DNA from: a virus
Taxonomy: Duplodnaviria > Caudoviricetes
Direction: 5' to 3' (one strand)
IMG/VR virus record: IMGVR_UViG_3300039916_000013
Span: 1 to 56,808 of that record
Length of the DNA stretch: 56,808 nt
Part shown: in pieces, positions 18,701 through 26,342 of the stretch
How positions within the stretch are numbered: the stretch's first letter is position 1
Layout: each line of letters starts with the position of its first letter
Position numbers and translations under genes: made by a program
Notes under the pieces: generated by a model
Databases searched by the model: none
Told to the model about the DNA's origin: nothing
The model's input: only the letters and a program-made list of their open reading frames with translations

Positions 18701-19740
18701 ATATCGTTGGCCGTGATCTCAAGGACGGGGATCTGCGGTGCGCCGGGAATAACGCCTGAGAGGCCACGACGATTAAGACCATAGCCCGCCATCGCGTCCT
18801 CGAACTCGCGAAGGACTTCCGTGTGATCATCGTCACCGGTCACGAAGAGCGAGCACTGGTAGCGCTTCTTGCCATCGGTGCGCAGCGCATCACAGACGTT
18901 CATCGACAGGAAGTACGTCCCGAGGTCGAGCTGACCGAGCGACTTCCCCTCACCGATCAGCGTACGGCCCGAGACAAGAGCCCTGAGACCAAGCTGATAG
19001 TTCAGGCGATGGACGGCCGGGTTGTTCGTGTGGCGCCACGTCGAAGGGTTCGCCAGCCGCTGCGTTCCGGATCCGCCGGCAACAGTGGAGTCCTTGCGAG
19101 GATCGTATTCGCGAAGGCCGCGCAGGACGAACTCGATCTCCGGCTTGCCCTTGGCGCCGAAAAACTCTTCCGACCAGCGGCGCTCTACGATGACATAGCA
19201 GATACCGGCATTGACGCTGGTCGTCCTCCACTTCTGGCCAAGGTCCGAAGACACGTCGACCAGTCGCTGATCGACTGGCTGCCCTGGGCGCCCGTCGTAG
19301 AACCTAAGGACAAGCATGCCGTTCGGGCCGTCCATGAAGTCTTTAACGAAGTACCGGGCGGTTTCACCTCCGACAGTAGGCTGCGAGATGAGCGCCTTCT
19401 TCTCGCCGAAAACATAGATGTAAGGCTCGAGCCCATCGCACCATCCGTTTGCCAGCAGGAAGACGTCCGCGTTCAGGCGGTTGCCCTTGTCCCACTTAGC
19501 GTAAAAGACGCGCTGGCCCTTGGTCTTGCCGGTGCCATAGAGCGTCTGGGCGGAGATATCGCCGCCGTATTGGGTCTCACCCTGGACAGCGGAGTATTTC
19601 CGGGCCTTTTGTCGGTTCAGGTATTGCATCCCGATCCGGGCAGCAAAGGCCAGCCCCGTGCTGATTACCGTCGCAGCAAGCGCGGACCCAGCAAAGAGCG
19701 CACCAGCTATCGCCGTGCCGATCGCAGTGAAAATTGCCAT
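12724..19740 (-). CDS. Tail tip / host-specificity (central fibre, J-like) protein, 2338 aa
   Basis: N-terminal hub region (YDPRKDST, NNPA), FN3-like segment, three 78-aa repeats, AVTAxKIAAN repeats, four jelly-roll/CBM-like domains. Confidence 0.9.
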   Translation of the reverse strand: MAIFTAIGTAIAGALFAGSALAATVISTGLAFAARIGMQYLNRQKARKYSAVQGETQYGGDISAQTLYGTGKTKGQRVFYAKWDKGNRLNADVFLLANGWCDGLEPYIYVFGEKKALISQPTVGGETARYFVKDFMDGPNGMLVLRFYDGRPGQPVDQRLVDVSSDLGQKWRTTSVNAGICYVIVERRWSEEFFGAKGKPEIEFVLRGLREYDPRKDSTVAGGSGTQRLANPSTWRHTNNPAVHRLNYQLGLRALVSGRTLIGEGKSLGQLDLGTYFLSMNVCDALRTDGKKRYQCSLFVTGDDDHTEVLREFEDAMAGYGLNRRGLSGVIPGAPQIPVLEITANDIPVDRAKDIQFRKSAFDRFNHLAGQFTSIESMWNPESLKPVYVNADIAEDSRNRQTSNDFLQVSDPDLAQYLLNIRYRQNRKGATATLPVSRAVGFRVQEGEWVEWRGREWMISEWNLDEEFRVTLKLVETGADIYDDDDIEAGPVVIPPTPSVNPSMLSTVQNFNVEAGVITGASGFDVPALKFTWDPPDDPTITAVRFFYRPNDDGQELFEDQSNDPEAGTYTTTKNVVSDEIYVARATITTVPDRLKNYTGWKETVQATGTLISQADVLDNSITAQKIADAAVTASKIMNDAVTSLKLADQAVSTSKISIAAVTADLIANQAIISTKLADAAVTAQKLAQGAVDATKFASGIQPVTIIAAGQPKPTVKSTETIFYNGKLLQWDGDSYELLIADVGDGSITSAKLADAAVTAAKMADAAITATKFASSIKPVEVVSSLPAAPHVEGRIVFLTTDDKMYRNTGSGWVSTVAAVDVSGQLISSQISDAAITAAKMADAAITATKFAASVKPVEVVSVLPGTPHVEGRTVFLTTDDKMYRNTGSGWISTVAAVDLTGQLLSTQISDAAITAEKMADAAITATKFAASIKPVEVVSVLPGAPHIEGRTVFLTTDDKQYRNTGSGWISSVAAVDVSGQLVATQIADLAITNAKLAALAVDSAKIATNAITNTKIADDAISTPQLQANAVVADKIAAQAIVARHLVLTDMQNIVPNGDFSDNSNVAAYWGRGGGLSVSFVEDPANARSGSRYLRLDKTGALTTSMNVRGQQYIPVVPGEVLYWEIAYKGDAAAGAGAGAYYRILWYDGSKAATVTPNLNDLVGNQPIATSWTFKSGKVNVPAGADFAIVQLYNHSTNTTTALVDFDCVVLRRANAAQLIVDGSIAANMIAAEAVTAGKIAANAVTADTIAANAITAGKIAAAAVSADQIAANAITAVKLAAESVTTAKIAALNVTATEIAAGAIIAEKIAANAVTAGKINAGSVTAGTLAANAVTAGTIAAAAVSADQIATNAITTVKLASDSVTTAKIAALNVTAAEIAANAIIAEKIAANAVTAGKINAGAVTAGTLAANAVTAGTIAAGAVSADQIAANAVIAAKIAAGAISADKLAVGVASNWFNNPDFSAGITGWQLEGSTSLGTLVADNSGSWTPYQGHTAIVGQPNNNTGAFLNLVPSGGSRIRPVEGSQRYEVSGYLGCHRCTGFPMIAFLNSAGNVVAELVGSTNASEKAGGKSLNDFKRCFWIGNAPADAVAAIAYFRKQATNAGSDSYMFVTNVFFGKAKANQTEPSDWSSSGITLIENGNIVTNAITADKIQANAITAVKIEAGAIKSDKIEANAVTVGKIAAGAVRAQEIAADAITSPKILAGAISADKLAVGTGLNQIPNADFSAGLTGWSVYYSGGTWSNVQIRSDTYGIPTGSLQVLQSGARVNGQFADVSPINVATGAAMRFATTPSKRYEVSVYAYGHRSDYVRAHIEWRNAADGVIDYSFADQPTHQNGNPGESLGNYGRGAGLVATAPAGAVYAQVFFRCWGHTDAYGIDSYTWLAHPYFGEATNYQTELSNWSSGAVTLIADGHITTGAITADKIRAKAIVAGKLDTGAVRAIEIEANAVTADKIYAGSVTSDKIAANSIGSDKIAANQITARHLVLTAFDNLVPDNQMLDAASWANMGSAWGLWGDHNLAGMPSYNSVRYAGGNYGSQSYAGPVQGLPFPVQGGKQYRFEAWSYANDNQHPHVRFLILNGSGGVIAYYDLEEARASGVWNKSMTVTLPAGAATALIEVRVWLGATSGPVYIGGISVRQKNAAELIVDGSITASQLNVNRLDAISATLGNVNISNAIIGTLMVDKSNINNGAVTQVDTFDSSATLNLTTAASVQVADVTVTVAAGENVTVWGCVSVVLDSNAQTTDVFARIYRGSTAIGMEQRQRGPKYRESTTGGSIVPYFGWSAESPWQFVVMLKDTPGTGTFNYRLLVRRDTVGAQTATTSLRFLTAIVTKR

Positions 19741-19746
19741 TCAGGT

Positions 19747-20160
19747 TTATCCGATGTGAAAAGCTGCGGTGACGTCAGCGAGCGCGTGATCAGTTGCGCC
19801 ATTCGGTGTCTTCGTTCTGAAACGGGTTCCAAGGCAGACGGCCACGTGCTCGGCGCCGTCCGAAAGCTTGAGGATCGCGAGATCGCCGAACTGCGCTTCT
19901 GCCGGCGCCACCGCTGGGCGACCAAGTTCTGCAGTCCAGAAGTCGGTAAGGCTCGAGAAGCCACGCTTGCGAAGCGCCCTCTGAGCGCCAGCCAGCGTCT
20001 TGTAGGCGCCGGCATAGGTCCTGACCAAGGAATGCCCCTCAAGCTCATCCACGAGTGCGCAGCCCATCATGAAGCAGTCGGAGCGTTCGGGGTCGCCATA
20101 GGCATACGGCTTCGCAAGCTCACGCGCGAGCGCGGCCTGTACGATACGAAATCGATTCAT
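19747..20160 (-). CDS. NlpC/P60-like tail assembly protein (DUF6950-like)
   Basis: YAYG..SDC, GDLA, EHVAVC motifs; position before tail tip. Confidence 0.8.
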   Translation of the reverse strand: MNRFRIVQAALARELAKPYAYGDPERSDCFMMGCALVDELEGHSLVRTYAGAYKTLAGAQRALRKRGFSSLTDFWTAELGRPAVAPAEAQFGDLAILKLSDGAEHVAVCLGTRFRTKTPNGATDHALADVTAAFHIG

Positions 20161-20162
20161 GA

Positions 20163-20756
20163 TTACTGAGCTGTCCTCTGGCCCCATTCCTCAGGAATGG
20201 ATGCGTTGGTGGCAACGTATTCGAGACCGGTATCGGTCGAGAGATTGTCGAACTTCTGCTCGGCCATTGACCGCTTCACGCCGGTTGAACCCCGCGCCGA
20301 TCGGCCGGGAGGCTGCAGGTCGATGGAAAGGGTGAGGCTTCGCTCGGATCCCGACAACGCGCCCTCATTGAACCGGACCTGATCAATCTCGTAGATGGAG
20401 GACGCGAGGATCCCGACCACCTGATCGGTGTCGGGGTTCCCGGCGAGGTGGGCAACCATCACCGGCGCATTCTGATAGTTGAACTCCTCGATCCGGGCGA
20501 CAGCGTCGTCGGAATTCGAAACCGGGATGTTAGAAAAGACGATTGTCCGCGTCGTGACTGCAGTTCCGAGGGCGCTTGTCATACTGCCCATCTGAAGGAA
20601 ACGGTTCGGGAGGTAGACCAGCCCATTGTACGTGTAGGGGCGACCGCCGCGGTGGTAGCCGACAGACTTGCCCGGAAGATCGAAGCGGATGAGATCCAGC
20701 CTCGCGATCCGGCCGGCCATAACCAGCGCTTCTACGTCTGTTGCAAGCGCGCTCAT
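20163..20756 (-). CDS. Minor tail protein (gpL/DUF2163-like)
   Basis: Synteny; C-terminal RS..EQ...DTGLEYV...WG. Confidence 0.75.
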   Translation of the reverse strand: MSALATDVEALVMAGRIARLDLIRFDLPGKSVGYHRGGRPYTYNGLVYLPNRFLQMGSMTSALGTAVTTRTIVFSNIPVSNSDDAVARIEEFNYQNAPVMVAHLAGNPDTDQVVGILASSIYEIDQVRFNEGALSGSERSLTLSIDLQPPGRSARGSTGVKRSMAEQKFDNLSTDTGLEYVATNASIPEEWGQRTAQ

Positions 20757-21421
20757 GAGAAGAACACCTCGGTAGCTGAGAAGGATGGCGACCGGCTGCT
20801 CCACGACTTGGTGCCGTCGTAGCTGCCCGGATCGATCTGCATCGTGCAAGACGCCTTCTCGAAGTTCACGACGTTGGTGGCGGCGAACACCCCAGTGTCG
20901 AGCCCGTATTTGATCGAGAGGGTGACAACGCCGCCGGTACTCGCTGTCGCTGCGGCCATTATGCGATGCAGCGACCGAACGAGGGGTGTTTTCCGGATCT
21001 CGACATAATCCCCTGCGGCAAGCTTGAATGAGGCAGGGAGACCAGAAACGACGATAGTTCTGCTGTTGGTGATAGACTGGAGAACGCCAGTCCCGACAAA
21101 GGCCCCGCCCCCCGCCTTGGTACCGGAAAGCGGAACGCCGGTGTCGTGAGCGATCGGACGCGGTCGGAATGCGTCATGAGCAAGGAAAGTCTCGCCGTCG
21201 TCTCCCGCCTGCATCATAAAAGCGTCCATGACGCCGTATTCCGGCCTCATGAGAGGCTTGGGGACATATCGGGCTGTCCAGTAAGGGGTGCCGAACGTTT
21301 GCGCTTCAGTACGGCGCCCTTCCATCTGGTTGGTATCGCGTGGGCGGACCGGATCGAACTTGCATTCGACCCAGTCACGCCGACCGCCGCCAAAACTCGG
21401 GAGTGCAATAGGGTCAGCCAT
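20753..21421 (-). CDS. Distal tail protein candidate
   Basis: Directly after tape measure, beta-rich. Confidence 0.72.
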   Translation of the reverse strand: MADPIALPSFGGGRRDWVECKFDPVRPRDTNQMEGRRTEAQTFGTPYWTARYVPKPLMRPEYGVMDAFMMQAGDDGETFLAHDAFRPRPIAHDTGVPLSGTKAGGGAFVGTGVLQSITNSRTIVVSGLPASFKLAAGDYVEIRKTPLVRSLHRIMAAATASTGGVVTLSIKYGLDTGVFAATNVVNFEKASCTMQIDPGSYDGTKSWSSRSPSFSATEVFFS

Positions 21422-23454
21422 CAGGCAGCCTGTCCGTTCTGATAAAGTTCCCTCTGCTCGCTGTTGTTCTGCCGAACGACGCGAACCGTATGCTCAGACG
21501 TGTTCTGCACGATCCGAGCTTCGACATCTGGCGACATCCTTACCTCGACCACGGTCTTGCCTTCCCGTGTGTCGCCATTCGCAACAGTCGCGTGCGCCTG
21601 GAGACCAGCGTTCTGGTTAGCCGCCGACATGGTCTGTTGGCTCGGCACCACCTGCTCACCACCGCGGAAGCGCACAAGCTCCGGTCCCTTCTCGCCGACC
21701 AAGGCAACGCCCGATCGAGCCGACATGGTCCCGTTCGCATACTTCGAGATGCCCGTATCAAAGCCGCTGTTGAGCCATGAAGGGGCCGAAGCACCGCTTC
21801 CTGAGCCACCACCGGTGAACAAAGAGCCGAGGAAGCCAAAGATACCACCGCCGCCGGCGCCACTCCCTGCGTCAGACACCTTGAAAACGGCATCGAGAAC
21901 GTCGCTAAGGAGCTTGTCCGTGATTCGATCAAGAACGCCCATCGCGGCGTTGCCGAAGCTCTTCCAAAAGCCCTCGCCGTTCTTCAACCCATCGCGCAGG
22001 TCGTTGATGAAGCCAGCAGCTGTGCTTTTAACAAACTCCATCTGCTCTTTTGCCTTCTGGATAGCCTCAGCCTGCCTGTTCTGCTGCTCGGTGGCTTCAG
22101 CAAGAGCAGTGGCGGTCCTCTCGATCTGCGCGTTCAGCTCCGGTGTCATTTCTTTCTTCGCGCGTTCGGCTGCGGCCAGAAGGTCTGCCGAAGCTTTCGC
22201 CTTTGCGAGAGTAAAGCCATAGTCGTTGACGAGCGGGTTAAGGCTCGCCTGGGCTGCGGTCTCTGCCTGCATCGCCCGGGTCCGCTCCTCCATCGACTTG
22301 ATCGACGACTGATAGGTATCAGACTTCACCGTGGACGCCTTTGCACCGCCGCCTCTCCGCGAGCCCGGGAGACCTTCGAGTTCAACCAACGGGCGACGAC
22401 CGGGCGTGGGGCCGTCCCAAGGGAGAGCTTGAAAGCCGTCGCCACGGGTTTCCTGGATGTTGCTTGGTCCCAAGCCCGCACCCCGCCACGTCCTTGGGTC
22501 GTTGAGGGCCGTGTTGGACGCTGCGCTCATGGCGTTGTTCAACGCGTTGACTTGCCCGGTTGCGGCGAGCGCGATCTCCATCAAGCTGCTGAGCCCAGAT
22601 TTGAATGTATCGAGCCCTGATACACCATTCGCTCCCGCCGTTTCTGCAGCGTTTAGAACAGCGTTGAAATCTTCCTGCGTCGACTTTCCTTCGGCGACCT
22701 TGTCTCGCAGCGTCTGGAAAGCGTCGTTGAGCTTATTGATGATGTTCTCATCCTGCCCGGACTGCTGAAGCTTGCTCTGGAAGTCGACAAACTCAATATT
22801 GAGGTTCTCGACGGCCGCAATAGTCGGGTTGATGACATCTTCATTGATGATCTTCGCCGCAGCCAGCGCGTCGGTCAGCGTTTTCGCTTCATCGATCTTC
22901 GCGATGTAGGCGTCGATCGCCGGGATGCCTGTCCCCCAAGCTTCAGCCAAGCCTCGGATGAGATCCTGCTGCTGCTTGATTGAAAGACTGGCCTCTTCCG
23001 ACTTGGCGAGCCAACTTGAGAAAAAGGTTAGCGCAGCGCCGGCGGCGATTCCGGCTACAATACCGAAAGTTCCAAACCCTAGTGCAAGATCGGGAAGCTG
23101 AATTGCCAGAGACTGAAGAAAATTACCGGTCACCTGCGTCTGCTGGGCGACTTGGCTCAACTGCATGGACATAAGGCGCAACTGCGAGGTTCCGGATGAC
23201 ACCGCTGAGCTGTTTTGATTGGCAGCCCGCGTCATCAATTCGATTTGCCGAGACGATGATGCCGCGGCCGAGCCCTGGTTCGCATAGGCTCGAGCCGCCG
23301 CGGCTGTAGTTCCCGTCGAGCCCCCCGAGGCTTTCGAAAGTTCGGTGGTGGACTGCTCAGCTCGTGCAGCCGCACCGGATAGGTTCTCGAGGCTTTTCGT
23401 CGCCTCCGGAACGCCGGTTGACACGACCTGGATGCCGAGCTGAGCAACGTCCAT
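21421..23454 (-). CDS. Tape measure protein
   Basis: 677 aa, Ala-rich helical; QLSQVAQQ and C-terminal YANGT...ALVGEKGPELV. Confidence 0.9.
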   Translation of the reverse strand: MDVAQLGIQVVSTGVPEATKSLENLSGAAARAEQSTTELSKASGGSTGTTAAAARAYANQGSAAASSSRQIELMTRAANQNSSAVSSGTSQLRLMSMQLSQVAQQTQVTGNFLQSLAIQLPDLALGFGTFGIVAGIAAGAALTFFSSWLAKSEEASLSIKQQQDLIRGLAEAWGTGIPAIDAYIAKIDEAKTLTDALAAAKIINEDVINPTIAAVENLNIEFVDFQSKLQQSGQDENIINKLNDAFQTLRDKVAEGKSTQEDFNAVLNAAETAGANGVSGLDTFKSGLSSLMEIALAATGQVNALNNAMSAASNTALNDPRTWRGAGLGPSNIQETRGDGFQALPWDGPTPGRRPLVELEGLPGSRRGGGAKASTVKSDTYQSSIKSMEERTRAMQAETAAQASLNPLVNDYGFTLAKAKASADLLAAAERAKKEMTPELNAQIERTATALAEATEQQNRQAEAIQKAKEQMEFVKSTAAGFINDLRDGLKNGEGFWKSFGNAAMGVLDRITDKLLSDVLDAVFKVSDAGSGAGGGGIFGFLGSLFTGGGSGSGASAPSWLNSGFDTGISKYANGTMSARSGVALVGEKGPELVRFRGGEQVVPSQQTMSAANQNAGLQAHATVANGDTREGKTVVEVRMSPDVEARIVQNTSEHTVRVVRQNNSEQRELYQNGQAA

Positions 23455-23510
23455 AGGCTTTACCTCTTATGCGTGCGTAAGATATTGTTAGCGGAACCGG
23501 AGGAGACCGC

Positions 23511-23840
23511 ATGGACAAGACATTGAAGGCGCTGATCGCAGCGGCCTGTATCGTGGTAATCGCAGGGGGTGGCTATTTCGCTTGGAGCGAGTACCGGACC
23601 AGGCAGGTGACCACTGCAAGAAACTCGGCGGTCTCAACAGCAGCGCAGGAGCAGGCGCGGAAGACAAGCTTGTCCAAAGACGCCTGCTCAATTTTAGCAA
23701 CCAGCGCGTTGTCGAAAGTGACTGGCGAACAGTTCAGGACGCCCGAACGCATGGCCGACCTTCGTACGTGCTTCCAACTAGACCGCTTGGGGTATGTGGA
23801 GAGGCGAGACCTCGTCGACGCCGGTCTGTTTAAAGAATAG
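23511..23840 (+). CDS. Moron: N-terminally membrane-anchored protein
   Basis: GGAGG RBS, TM LIAAACIVVIAGGGYFAW, antisense to tail operon. Confidence 0.75.
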   Translation: MDKTLKALIAAACIVVIAGGGYFAWSEYRTRQVTTARNSAVSTAAQEQARKTSLSKDACSILATSALSKVTGEQFRTPERMADLRTCFQLDRLGYVERRDLVDAGLFKE

Positions 23841-23908
23841 CAACCTAAACTACCCACTCGACTCTGACGTCAGCCATGTCATGATGCCCTCATAGGTTGG
23901 AGGGCGTC

Positions 23909-24034
23909 ATGCTCAGAATAATATTCGTGACCGTTCTCGCAGTAGTGGCCGTGTCCGGCTGTCAGAAGCAATGCAAGAAGGGGAAGCCCTGCGGCAATGC
24001 TTGCATCTCAAAAGAATACACTTGCAACAAATAA
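23909..24034 (+). CDS. 41-aa Cys-rich small lipoprotein
   Basis: GGAGG RBS; MLRIIFVTVLAVVAVSG-C lipobox; mature CQKQCKKGKPCGNACISKEYTCNK. Confidence 0.75.
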   Translation: MLRIIFVTVLAVVAVSGCQKQCKKGKPCGNACISKEYTCNK

Positions 24035-24053
24035 AACGGGCCAAGAAGCACGC

Positions 24054-24341
24054 CTATGAGGCTTCGCGCTCTCGGATCGCCTCGGCCTCTCGATCGATCT
24101 CAGAGCAGTACCGAACATCCATCGTTCTGAGGATGGCGGCCTCCTCACGGCGCACGATATTGCCAGTGATCTGAAGCCAGTATGCGACCTCGATGTTCGA
24201 AACCCGCATCACTCCGTTGAAGCCTGAGTTCTGGGACGAGCGAATGTCCCAGAACCATTCCCAGAGTACGCTCCCCTCATCGGGGAACTTGAGTTCAGGA
24301 CTATCGATTTCGAACGCTTCATTGCGTTCCCGCCGCGTCAA
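24054..24341 (-). CDS. Tail assembly chaperone, frameshifted C-terminal part (gpT-like)
   Basis: In the -1 frame from the slippery site at 24419-24425; LWEWFWD...LRTMD. Confidence 0.8.
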   Translation of the reverse strand: MTRRERNEAFEIDSPELKFPDEGSVLWEWFWDIRSSQNSGFNGVMRVSNIEVAYWLQITGNIVRREEAAILRTMDVRYCSEIDREAEAIREREAS

Positions 24342-24376
24342 CCCGTCCTTATCGCGGACGCTGTCGTAGCGAGCCG

Positions 24377-24784
24377 TTATTTCGACGGCTTGGCAGAGGG
24401 CTTCGCCAAGCTCTTGGTAAAATTTGCCCGCTCCTCCGAGGCTGCGGACACCTGGTCATAGATCCAGCCCGCTTCCTCGACGACTTCGCGGGCCATCTCC
24501 ATCGAATGTTCAGGCTTTACGCCCTTCCAGTCGTGGTCGCCCCAGTCCCACGAGGCGATGGCGGCGGCAGCCTTGTCGAGCAGTTCGTCCTCGACCTTGG
24601 AAGACGTGAGCTTCTTCTTGCGGCTGGCGAGCAGCTTGTCGCTGTGCTGACGGGAGATCCGCTTGACCGCGTCACTTTCCGCTGACCGGATCATGAAGCG
24701 GATTCCGATCAACTCGTCGGTATCTGGCGCCGTGAGCTTCAGTTCGAAGAGGTCTTCGGAGTTTACGAGCTGTGAGATGTCCAT
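24377..24784 (-). CDS. Tail assembly chaperone (gpG-like)
   Basis: Between tail tube and tape measure; ends RANF at a slippery heptamer. Confidence 0.85.
   Translation of the reverse strand: MDISQLVNSEDLFELKLTAPDTDELIGIRFMIRSAESDAVKRISRQHSDKLLASRKKKLTSSKVEDELLDKAAAAIASWDWGDHDWKGVKPEHSMEMAREVVEEAGWIYDQVSAASEERANFTKSLAKPSAKPSK
24419..24425 (-). other. -1 programmed ribosomal frameshift site A AAT TTT
   Basis: X XXY YYZ heptamer in correct phase; -1 frame is open into 24054..24341. Confidence 0.85.
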
Positions 24785-24796
24785 GTGCTGGGCCTT

Positions 24797-25279
24797 TTAC
24801 GTAGCGTTGACGCGGATTGGGAGCTGGTTGAGCCCGATCGTATAGCGCTCGAGGTCGAAGTCGTCGGAACCGCCGCCCGGGTAAAGCGGGCCGGATACGA
24901 CGCCGCGGCTGTAGAAGATCGTGTTGGTGCCGGTGCTTGGCGTGATCTTGTCGTTGCGCTCGATCTTGATCGCCATGTTGGCCTGATTGAGAGGGTCGCC
25001 GAACGTGCGCAGGATGACCTGGCCGGCGTCGGCAGCAACCGATGCGACCTCAATTTGTGGGCTGCCGGCGGACGCTGTGCCCTTCTGCTGCTGGCTGACG
25101 GGCTCGTCGAGGGTGTTGTAGCTGTTCATTGTCGACGTGGCGCCAAAGTCACCGATGTTGCCGACTTTCCCCACCTGGACCCAAGTCAGGGCCGCGAATG
25201 TAGAGGACGTCAGGTCGGTTTCCTGAGCCGTCGCACAGACGAAGACTTTGCTGCCGAATTTCGTTGATTTGTTCGCCAT
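24797..25279 (-). CDS. Major tail (tube) protein
   Basis: 160 aa; WVQVGKVGNIGDFG, KGTASAG, DAGQ; synteny. Confidence 0.85.
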   Translation of the reverse strand: MANKSTKFGSKVFVCATAQETDLTSSTFAALTWVQVGKVGNIGDFGATSTMNSYNTLDEPVSQQQKGTASAGSPQIEVASVAADAGQVILRTFGDPLNQANMAIKIERNDKITPSTGTNTIFYSRGVVSGPLYPGGGSDDFDLERYTIGLNQLPIRVNAT

Positions 25280-25284
25280 GGGTT

Positions 25285-25710
25285 TTAGGTCTCCGGTTCG
25301 AAGGCGATGTAGGGGATTGTGACCGGGATGTTCATCCGGTCATCGTCTTTGATGGGGCGGGATGCCCACGGCTCGCTGTTGATCGTGATCTTCACGCCTT
25401 CAGCGAATATGGTTTGAGCCTTGAAGTGGCTGATGATCTTGTCGCACACTTCCATGGCATCGATGATCGCCGAGCCAATCGGCCACATGACGCTCACCTG
25501 GGCCATGCCGATCTTCTGCTGTGGGTCGTCACCGAGGGAGATCTGCCGCGTCCTATTCGGCATGAAGTCGTATTTCAGGAACTTCGACGGCTTTGTCTGG
25601 CCGGCCGGCGGGAACGTGATGCCTGGTGTTGCGATCGGCAGAACGCTTGTCATCCCCTTCAGATGCTGCAGCAGCGCAGCAAAGATCATTGCGTCAGTGC
25701 CAGTGGCCAT
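25285..25710 (-). CDS. Tail terminator-like protein (DUF4128-like)
   Basis: Synteny; G..QVSVMWP.G and IPVTIPY. Confidence 0.8.
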   Translation of the reverse strand: MATGTDAMIFAALLQHLKGMTSVLPIATPGITFPPAGQTKPSKFLKYDFMPNRTRQISLGDDPQQKIGMAQVSVMWPIGSAIIDAMEVCDKIISHFKAQTIFAEGVKITINSEPWASRPIKDDDRMNIPVTIPYIAFEPET

Positions 25711-25723
25711 GTACCGATTGCCT

Positions 25724-25999
25724 ATGCCAGGAAAGCCGCCCCTATCGGACAGCGAGGTTCATGAAGCGCTGCACAACGCATGGATGGCGCTTGCTCGCGA
25801 GGAAGGCTCGACAGAGTTCGGCAACAACACGTTGAAAGCTGCAAGGCTGTCGCTGTTCTCGTTCATGATGGCGATGATGATGAAGTCAGAAGGCCTCACA
25901 GACCAAATGCCTTCTTCACCTTCTCTGCATTCCGGTTCACATGGACATCCCAGTTCTGAACCGCAGAGCGAACAAAGCCCGCCGGCGCCCGGCCATTAG
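25724..25999 (+). CDS. Small inserted hypothetical protein
   Basis: Fills 25710-25896 gap on opposite strand (MPGKPPLSDSEVHEALH); 3' end overlaps convergent gene. Confidence 0.5.
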   Translation: MPGKPPLSDSEVHEALHNAWMALAREEGSTEFGNNTLKAARLSLFSFMMAMMMKSEGLTDQMPSSPSLHSGSHGHPSSEPQSEQSPPAPGH

Positions 26000-26342
26000 C
26001 TCCATACTCCTGGTGGCCTGCGTACGCTGCGGTATAGCCGAAATACAGATCGTCCTCGAGCGAAGCACCAGCAATCACCGCCTCGATCGTGCTGAAGTCG
26101 AAGCTGTAGGTCTTGCCGTCGACCGGGTTCGACGCCCCGTTGATCCTTGGCATGGCAGCCGTAGAGGCGAGCAACGATTCCTGTAGGAAACCGGTATCGA
26201 ACGGCATCCTTCCGCCTTCTGTGTCGAGCGTCTGCATGTCCTTCACGACATCGGCTGCGCTCTGGTTACGAACAGCCTCGACGCCTTCCGGAATATCCTT
26301 TGCCCAGTTCGCGACCTGGGCGGCGAACGATAGCGCAGCCAT
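25896..26342 (-). CDS. Neck / tail completion protein (HK97 gp10-like)
   Basis: MPFDTGFLQES, YTAAYA..QEYG, GFVR motifs. Confidence 0.8.
   Translation of the reverse strand: MAALSFAAQVANWAKDIPEGVEAVRNQSAADVVKDMQTLDTEGGRMPFDTGFLQESLLASTAAMPRINGASNPVDGKTYSFDFSTIEAVIAGASLEDDLYFGYTAAYAGHQEYGANGRAPAGFVRSAVQNWDVHVNRNAEKVKKAFGL

Noticed and set aside
12724-19740. Diversity-generating retroelement or invertible fibre segment
   Set aside because: No reverse transcriptase, invertase, TR/VR pair or inverted crossover sites seen
15491-20169. Long + strand ORFs opposite the tail-tip gene (e.g. 15491..16162, 16847..17536, 18823..20169)
   Set aside because: Antisense shadows of a GC-rich, repetitive coding strand
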